Part shown: positions 58,303-64,000 of the stretch, one piece after another
How the letters are laid out: every line of letters starts with the position of its first letter
Position numbering within the stretch: the first letter of the stretch is position 1
Source of the DNA: Candidatus Gottesmanbacteria bacterium RIFCSPHIGHO2_02_FULL_39_11
GTDB lineage: Bacteria; Patescibacteriota; Microgenomatia; 2-02-FULL-39-11
Reading direction: 5' to 3'
Assembly (NCBI GenBank): GCA_001779195.1
Contig: MFJL01000041.1
Coordinates: 16,881-80,880, forward strand
DNA: 64,000 nt
Made by a program: the position numbers and the translations under genes
The notes under the pieces: model-generated
The model's input: the letters and a program-made list of their open reading frames with translations, nothing else
Database searches by the model: none
Told to the model about the DNA's origin: nothing

Positions 58303-59319
58303 ATGAAAAACTCACAGCCTCAATCTCAAATAATTATCTATAAAGCAGAAACTGGCGAGACTAAAATCGACGTGCGTTTTGATGGGGACACGGTCTGGTT
58401 GAGTCAGGATGAAATGGCTCGATTGTTTGACAAAGGCCGTTCAACTATTGCAGAACATATTGCTAAAGTATTTAAGGAAAAAGAACTAGTCGAGGGATCA
58501 GTATGTCGGGAATTCCGACGTACTGGCGCTGATGAAAAAGAATATCAGGTAAAATATTACAATCTCGATGTTATTATCTCCGTTGGTTACCGAGTCAAGT
58601 CACTCCGTGGTACTCAATTTCGTATTTGGGCAACCAAGCGTCTGCGCGAATATATCGTCAAAGGTTTTGTGATGGATGATGAGAGACTGAAAAACCCCGA
58701 TCTGCCGTTTGATTATTTTGAAGAACTCACTCGTCGTATTGCTGATATCCGCACTTCAGAAAAAAGATTTTATAGAAAAATTACAGACATCTATGCTACC
58801 AGTGTCGATTATGACCCGACAGACAAACAGAGTATTCTCTTTTTCAAAACGGTCCAAAACAAAATGCATTATGCAATTACCGGAAGTACTGCGGCGGAGA
58901 TAGTAGCCAGTAGAGTGGATAGTAAAAAACCAAATGTGGGACTGACAAACTTCAGGGGTAATAAACCAACAAAAGAAGAAGTAGTGATCGCCAAAAATTA
59001 TTTGAGTGAACAAGAGCTTCTTGTTTTAAATAATCTTGTCGAGCAATATCTCGTATTTGCGCAAGGACAGGCCATACAAAGAGTGCCAATGTATATGAAA
59101 GACTGGATTGGTAAACTCCATGCATTTTTACAGATTAATAATAAAGATATTTTGAAAGATGCAGGAAGAATCTCTCACGAGTTGGCTACAGAAATAGCCG
59201 AAAGGAATTTTGATGAATACAAGAGAAATGAAGTAAAAAAATTAGATAATAATTTTGATTTGGCTGCTTTACACGCGCTTGAAATTGCAAAGAAAAAGAA
59301 AGGGGAGGATAAAAAATGA
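58303..59319 (+). CDS. RhuM ('virulence RhuM') family protein
   Basis: YNLDVIISVGYRVKSLRGTQFRIWA, IRTSEKRFYRKITDIY, VQNKMHYA. Confidence 0.92.
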   Translation: MKNSQPQSQIIIYKAETGETKIDVRFDGDTVWLSQDEMARLFDKGRSTIAEHIAKVFKEKELVEGSVCREFRRTGADEKEYQVKYYNLDVIISVGYRVKSLRGTQFRIWATKRLREYIVKGFVMDDERLKNPDLPFDYFEELTRRIADIRTSEKRFYRKITDIYATSVDYDPTDKQSILFFKTVQNKMHYAITGSTAAEIVASRVDSKKPNVGLTNFRGNKPTKEEVVIAKNYLSEQELLVLNNLVEQYLVFAQGQAIQRVPMYMKDWIGKLHAFLQINNKDILKDAGRISHELATEIAERNFDEYKRNEVKKLDNNFDLAALHALEIAKKKKGEDKK

Positions 59320-59381
59320 CTATGCAATTTTAAAAAATGCAAAATTACTTCATGGAAATAGGCCTGTCAAGAAAACTCTTC

Positions 59382-59525
59382 TGTCATCCTGAAATCGTCT
59401 ACCCTGAGTCTTATCGAAGGGTTTCAGGATCTTCTTTTTGTCATTCTAGCTTGTCCAGAATCTGTGTTGTTTCCATGTCATCCTGAATTTGCTTGTACTG
59501 AGCTTGTCGAACGTATCCAGAATCT
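59382..59525. repeat. Three tandem REP-like palindromes, two with nested elements
   Basis: TGTCAT(C/T)CT..CAG(G/A)ATCT x3; nested ACCCTGAG..TCGAAGGG and TACTGAGCTTGTCGAACGTA. Confidence 0.75.
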
Positions 59526-59606
59526 GTCTTTCCTTTTTCTTTCTCTCTTCTTTTGCTTTCCTCCTCTAAACCTCTAAACCTTTCTCCATAAAGAAAAATT
59601 GAATAC

Positions 59607-59648
59607 GTATCGGAATTTCTTGTGAATAAGCAGTATAATCCACGTATA
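59607..59648 (+). promoter_or_regulatory. 42-bp promoter-like repeat, copy 2, upstream of hsdM
   Basis: Contains TATAAT and TGTGAATAA. Confidence 0.55.
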
Positions 59649-59721
59649 CAAGTTAGGAGCCTTCAACCAATTAAGAAGATAAAACAAACAAATTAGTATT
59701 TTGCTGACTTATAATAAATAT

Positions 59722-61299
59722 ATGAATACACACAGTAGTCAACTTCAGGAACAATTGTGGGCAGCAGCTGAGCACATGCGTGCAAATAGCAGTCTAAAGC
59801 TGAACGAAATCTCAGAGCCAATTTTAGGTCTTATTTTTCTCAAATTTGCTGATGTATGTTTTCAAAGAGCTACAAAAGAGCTAGAAAAAGATAGATTATC
59901 CATAAAATCTTCAAGACAAAGACCTCTTATTTCAGATGACTATAAAGCAATGGGAGTTATTTATATTCCGAAAGAAGCATCATACTCATATCTTATTAGT
60001 CTCCCGGAAAATGAAAATCTAGGAAAAACAATAAACGGTGCCATGAAAACAATTGAGGAAGAAAATCGTGAGCTTGCTGGAGTATTACCCCAAGATTATA
60101 CCAATATTTCTAGGAAAGCTGATGAAAATAACCGAATACTTATATCGCTACTAAAAAGCTTTAATCAAATTCCTGATGATATTGAAGGGGACTCTTTTGG
60201 TGAAATATATGAATACTTTCTGGGGAATTTCGCTCTTTCTGAAGGAAGAAATGGAGGAGAATTCTTTACAGCACAATCAATAGTAAAGCTTTTAGTTGAA
60301 ATTATTGAACCCTATCATGGAAGGATTTATGATCCTGCTTGCGGAAGCGGGGGCATGTTTGTACATTCTGCTCATTTTGTGGCTGAACATATAAAAAATA
60401 AATCTCATGTGATGGACGAAGTGGCAATCTATGGACAAGAGAAAACAGACTCTACCGTCAAAATTGCCAAAATGAATCTCTCAATTCATGGACTTTCAGG
60501 AAAAATTATCCAAGCAAACTCATTTTACGAAGATGTATATGAAAGTGTCGGAAAATTTGATTTTGTGCTTGCAAACCCTCCTTTTAATGTAAAAGGGAAA
60601 GATAAAAGAGGACAATTGGTCATAGATCCCGCTCGACTTCATGGGGATCCCAGGTATTATTTCGGTCTTCCTCTTACAGGTAAAAAAGAGATAAGTAATG
60701 CTAATTATCTCTGGATTCAGATCTTTACCAGCGCATTGTCATCAAAAGGGCGTGCCGGATTTGTTATGGCTAATTCTGCAACGGATGCAGGTAATGCGGA
60801 AAAGGGAATTAGGGAAAAACTAATTGAAGAGGGAATTGTGGATGTTATTATCTCAACTCCTCCCAATATGTTTCTTAACGTTACTCTTTCATCAACGTTA
60901 TGGTTTTTAGATAAAGGTAAAAAAAGCACGGATAGACAAAATAAAATTTTGTTTATTAACTCCCAAGATATTTTTACTCCTGTTGATCGCGCACACAATA
61001 GATGGACGGATGAACAAATCCAAGAAATCGCTGGAATTGTTCGGCGATATCGAAGTGAAGAAGGAAACGAAAAATATAAAGATATAAAAGGCAGGTGCAA
61101 AGTTGCAACTCTTGATGAAATTAAGGCCAATGATTATTCGCTAAATCCTGGAAGATATATAGAAATAGTTGAAAAAGAAATGGATGATGTGGAGTTTGAA
61201 GCAAGAATGAAAGAATTAACTGAAGAATTCAGAACTCTAACCAAAGAAGCTCACGAGCTTGAAAAGAAAATAGAGGAAGATTGGGAGAAAATTATATGA
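59722..61299 (+). CDS. hsdM: Type I restriction-modification methyltransferase subunit
   Basis: LGLIFLKF, GEFFT, YDPACGSGGMF, NPPFN, YSLNPGRYI. Confidence 0.95.
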   Translation: MNTHSSQLQEQLWAAAEHMRANSSLKLNEISEPILGLIFLKFADVCFQRATKELEKDRLSIKSSRQRPLISDDYKAMGVIYIPKEASYSYLISLPENENLGKTINGAMKTIEEENRELAGVLPQDYTNISRKADENNRILISLLKSFNQIPDDIEGDSFGEIYEYFLGNFALSEGRNGGEFFTAQSIVKLLVEIIEPYHGRIYDPACGSGGMFVHSAHFVAEHIKNKSHVMDEVAIYGQEKTDSTVKIAKMNLSIHGLSGKIIQANSFYEDVYESVGKFDFVLANPPFNVKGKDKRGQLVIDPARLHGDPRYYFGLPLTGKKEISNANYLWIQIFTSALSSKGRAGFVMANSATDAGNAEKGIREKLIEEGIVDVIISTPPNMFLNVTLSSTLWFLDKGKKSTDRQNKILFINSQDIFTPVDRAHNRWTDEQIQEIAGIVRRYRSEEGNEKYKDIKGRCKVATLDEIKANDYSLNPGRYIEIVEKEMDDVEFEARMKELTEEFRTLTKEAHELEKKIEEDWEKII

Positions 61300-61389
61300 A
61301 AAAGTAGTCGGATAAGGTGAATTGTTTATTGACTTTTTATTCTGTTATAGTGTAATATATGTGCATGATCATTATTTTAGCCTTATTAC

Positions 61390-62862
61390 ATGACGGAAAT
61401 TGATGTCCAACTACTCGCCCAACTTCGCACCTGGAATCCCTGGTGGCAACAAGGTAGAGAAGGAATTGATAGGTATAAAGATCCTTCTTATAAGCGTGAG
61501 CTCTATACTAACATCTGTAATCAGTATAAAGACGGCAACCAGATCGTAAGCATCATAGGGATGCGTCAGGTAGGAAAATCTACTTTGATGCGCCAAGTGA
61601 TCAAAAATTTACTTGACTCTGGAGTTGATCCTAAGACAATTCTCTATATTTCATTCGATGATCCATTCGTTCGGGTTAAATACGATAAGAAAAAAATATT
61701 CGACATCATAGTTGAGATTTTCCTGCAGGGATTGATTCAGGAGGACCTGGATGTATATAAGGGCACATTGTATTTTTTTCTGGATGAGATCCACCAGCTT
61801 CCCAACTGGGAAAAAACACTGAAAACTTACTATGATCGATCATTTCCCATTCGGTATATGGTCAGCGGATCATCATCGATCCAGTTGCAGTCGAAAAATA
61901 AAGAGAGTTTACTCGGAAGGATATCCGAATATGTTCTTTGGCCATTTTCATTCCGTGAATATCTCGAGTTTCATGAGAATAAGGATAAGCAGATACAAGG
62001 TGTGATACAGGAAGCCCGAGAAGTTTTTACGAAATATAACACCACATTTGATATACACACAATATATGAATCATTACAAGATCTCTACAAAAAAGCATTT
62101 GTGTGGAGTAAGCAACCTATCCAGTCCAATCTTCAAAAATTTATAGTCTGTGGCGGGTTCCCGAGAGCTTGGCAGCAGCTTGATTTTATATCCCGGCAGC
62201 GGATCTTGTGGGAACAGCATGTCGGGAAAGTGATTTTTGAAGATCTGGTACAGGTAGCAAATATCCGTAAACCGCGAGACCTCGAGTTTTTGTTCACCTA
62301 CATCATCGAAAACAACGGCAAAGAAGTGAAACTGGGTGAGATGAAACATAACTTAAATATTCATTGGGAAACACTCGATAGATATCTCAGCTATCTTATC
62401 CGTACGTTTCTTATTTTTCGCGTCGAGCGGACGAAGACGAAGCGTCTCCTGCAGAAAAGAAGATCGGGGAATGTGAAGTTCTACCTTACTGACGTAGCAC
62501 TGCGAAACGCATTTTATAACCGTACTGAAGATGTTTTTTTTGATTCCGAAGAGATGTCCTTTATTGCGGAAAATCTTGTCTGCACGGCAATCGAGCGTTG
62601 GCTACGTGGGCCTAAGAAAGAAGAGCAGGTATCCTTTTATAAAGACAGGAGCGGAGAAGTGGACTTTATATTTAAAGGACCAAATAATATCACGCCAATC
62701 GAAGTCAAATGGAGATCCGACATGCCGCCCTTGAAAACATTACTAAAACTAGAAACATCCTGGAGCACGACGCAAAGTCTTCTCATTACGAGAGATCAGG
62801 AACTTGACTTACGGGGAGGCAGACTCTCGATCCCTTTATGGTTTTTCCTATTATGTTTTTAA
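61390..62862 (+). CDS. AAA_14 ATPase with DUF4143 and a C-terminal nuclease-like motif
   Basis: GMRQVGKST, FLDEIH, SGSSS, GGFP, EVDFI..PIEVKW. Confidence 0.88.
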   Translation: MTEIDVQLLAQLRTWNPWWQQGREGIDRYKDPSYKRELYTNICNQYKDGNQIVSIIGMRQVGKSTLMRQVIKNLLDSGVDPKTILYISFDDPFVRVKYDKKKIFDIIVEIFLQGLIQEDLDVYKGTLYFFLDEIHQLPNWEKTLKTYYDRSFPIRYMVSGSSSIQLQSKNKESLLGRISEYVLWPFSFREYLEFHENKDKQIQGVIQEAREVFTKYNTTFDIHTIYESLQDLYKKAFVWSKQPIQSNLQKFIVCGGFPRAWQQLDFISRQRILWEQHVGKVIFEDLVQVANIRKPRDLEFLFTYIIENNGKEVKLGEMKHNLNIHWETLDRYLSYLIRTFLIFRVERTKTKRLLQKRRSGNVKFYLTDVALRNAFYNRTEDVFFDSEEMSFIAENLVCTAIERWLRGPKKEEQVSFYKDRSGEVDFIFKGPNNITPIEVKWRSDMPPLKTLLKLETSWSTTQSLLITRDQELDLRGGRLSIPLWFFLLCF

Positions 62863-62875
62863 CGAAAAATATTTT

Positions 62876-64000
62876 ATGACAACCTGGACAAAACAAAAAT
62901 TGGGAGATTGTCTCAGTTTCAGAACCGGCAAACTTAATTCAAATGCTGCAATTAAGAATGGAATGTATCCATTCTTTACATGCTCTCAAGAAGTATACAA
63001 AACGAATACATGGAGTTTTGATACTGAATGTGTGCTTTTGGGGGGAAATAATGCTGATGCAATTTACCCCCTTTTTTATTTTAAGGGTAAGTTTGATGCT
63101 TATCAAAGGACCTATGTTATAGAATCTAAAAATAATAACAATATACGGTTTTTTTATTACGTTTTGCGTAAAAAGCTTGAAGACCTTCGAAATCAATCAA
63201 CAGGAGCTACTACAAAGTTTTTAACACTAAAAATCTTAAACAACCTTCAGATAACCACTCCAAATGAATTTATACAATCTCAAATGGTTGCTGTTCTCTC
63301 CTGTTATGATGACCTAATCGAAAACAACGAGAAGCGAATAAGGATTTTAGAGGAAATGGCGCAGAGGCTTTATACAGAATGGTTTGTAAAATTCAAATTC
63401 CCGCTTGCCCGCCGTAGCCTTAGCGAAGGACGGGGACATGAAAAAGTGAAAATGCTTGAAAGCGGAACAGAATATGGAATGATTCCTGAAGGATGGAAGG
63501 TAGTTTTAATGAAGGATGTTGCAGAAATAGTGGACTGTTTGCATTCAAAGAAACCAGAACGAATTAGAAGCGGAACTCATATATTATTACAGTTAAATAA
63601 TATTTTAGAAAACGGTCTTATAGATATATTAGATAAGTACATAATAAGTGAGGATGATTATCAGAAATGGATAAAAAATATTGAATTACGGAAGGGAGAC
63701 TGCGTAATAACAAATGTTGGACGAATTGCAGCAACAGCACAAATTTCTGGTGAAATCAGGTTAGCAGCCGGTAGAAATATGACTGCAATAAGACCTAAAA
63801 GAATTCCTGATTCATTCTTAATTCAATATCTAAAATCTCCTCACATTGAGAGAGAAGTCAAAATGAAAATTGATGCGGGGGCTATTATGGGAAGCTTGAA
63901 TGTTAAAAGTATCTATATATTGAAAATACTCTTACCTGATGATAGCACACTAGAGAATTTTTCAGTAATAGCTTCTTCTTGGAGAGAAGAAATGAATATA
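62876..64000 (+). CDS. hsdS: Type I restriction-modification specificity subunit, runs off the window (absent from the ORF track)
   Basis: Translated by hand: MTTWTKQKLGD..YDDLIENNEKRIRILEEMAQRLYTEWFVKFKFP..IPEGW, then a second target-recognition domain. Confidence 0.92.
   Translation, partial: MTTWTKQKLGDCLSFRTGKLNSNAAIKNGMYPFFTCSQEVYKTNTWSFDTECVLLGGNNADAIYPLFYFKGKFDAYQRTYVIESKNNNNIRFFYYVLRKKLEDLRNQSTGATTKFLTLKILNNLQITTPNEFIQSQMVAVLSCYDDLIENNEKRIRILEEMAQRLYTEWFVKFKFPLARRSLSEGRGHEKVKMLESGTEYGMIPEGWKVVLMKDVAEIVDCLHSKKPERIRSGTHILLQLNNILENGLIDILDKYIISEDDYQKWIKNIELRKGDCVITNVGRIAATAQISGEIRLAAGRNMTAIRPKRIPDSFLIQYLKSPHIEREVKMKIDAGAIMGSLNVKSIYILKILLPDDSTLENFSVIASSWREEMNI

Noticed and set aside
59382-59525. 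Possible CRISPR array
   Set aside because: Repeats are degenerate palindromes with irregular spacing, no unique spacers and no cas genes
62939-63196. 85-aa minus-strand ORF
   Set aside because: Shadow of hsdS, which the track missed because it has no stop in the window
1-64000. Alternative genetic code (TGA=Gly)
   Set aside because: RF2 is intact and conserved genes end at TGA at their expected lengths

Overview
AT-rich 64-kb bacterial window. Gene content (tight overlaps, RF2 present with TGA stops, a half-length TsaB, many GT-C glycosyltransferases) suggests Patescibacteria/CPR, probably Microgenomates; this is inference. Layout: (1) 1-8.9 kb glycosyltransferases and phosphatases, then an NlpC/P60, divergent MurD, LysW-like carrier, PLP enzyme and ATP-grasp module. 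(2) 8.9-15.2 kb prfB, ftsEX, a coiled-coil protein with a circularly permuted M23 domain, tsaE and tsaB. (3) 16.8-24 kb a probable extracellular fibre locus: three paralogous secreted Asn/Thr/Gly-rich ~80-aa-repeat proteins, a membrane-anchored Ig-like protein, an LSYTG anchor protein and a sortase. It is controlled by two matching promoters, two copies of a hairpin overlapping an intrinsic terminator, and an unannotated 58-aa DUF2292/YezD-like ORF. This is the best candidate for an undescribed system. (4) 25-56 kb a large surface-glycan island with tgt and an MGMT gene inside it. (5) 56.8-64 kb a defence-like island: DUF488 pair, hsdM relic, RhuM, hsdM, AAA-DUF4143 ATPase and hsdS. Several families of short palindromic repeats are scattered throughout, some nested and some inserted in frame in genes. 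No rRNA, tRNA or CRISPR array was recognised. All family assignments come from motif recognition by eye, not from database searches.
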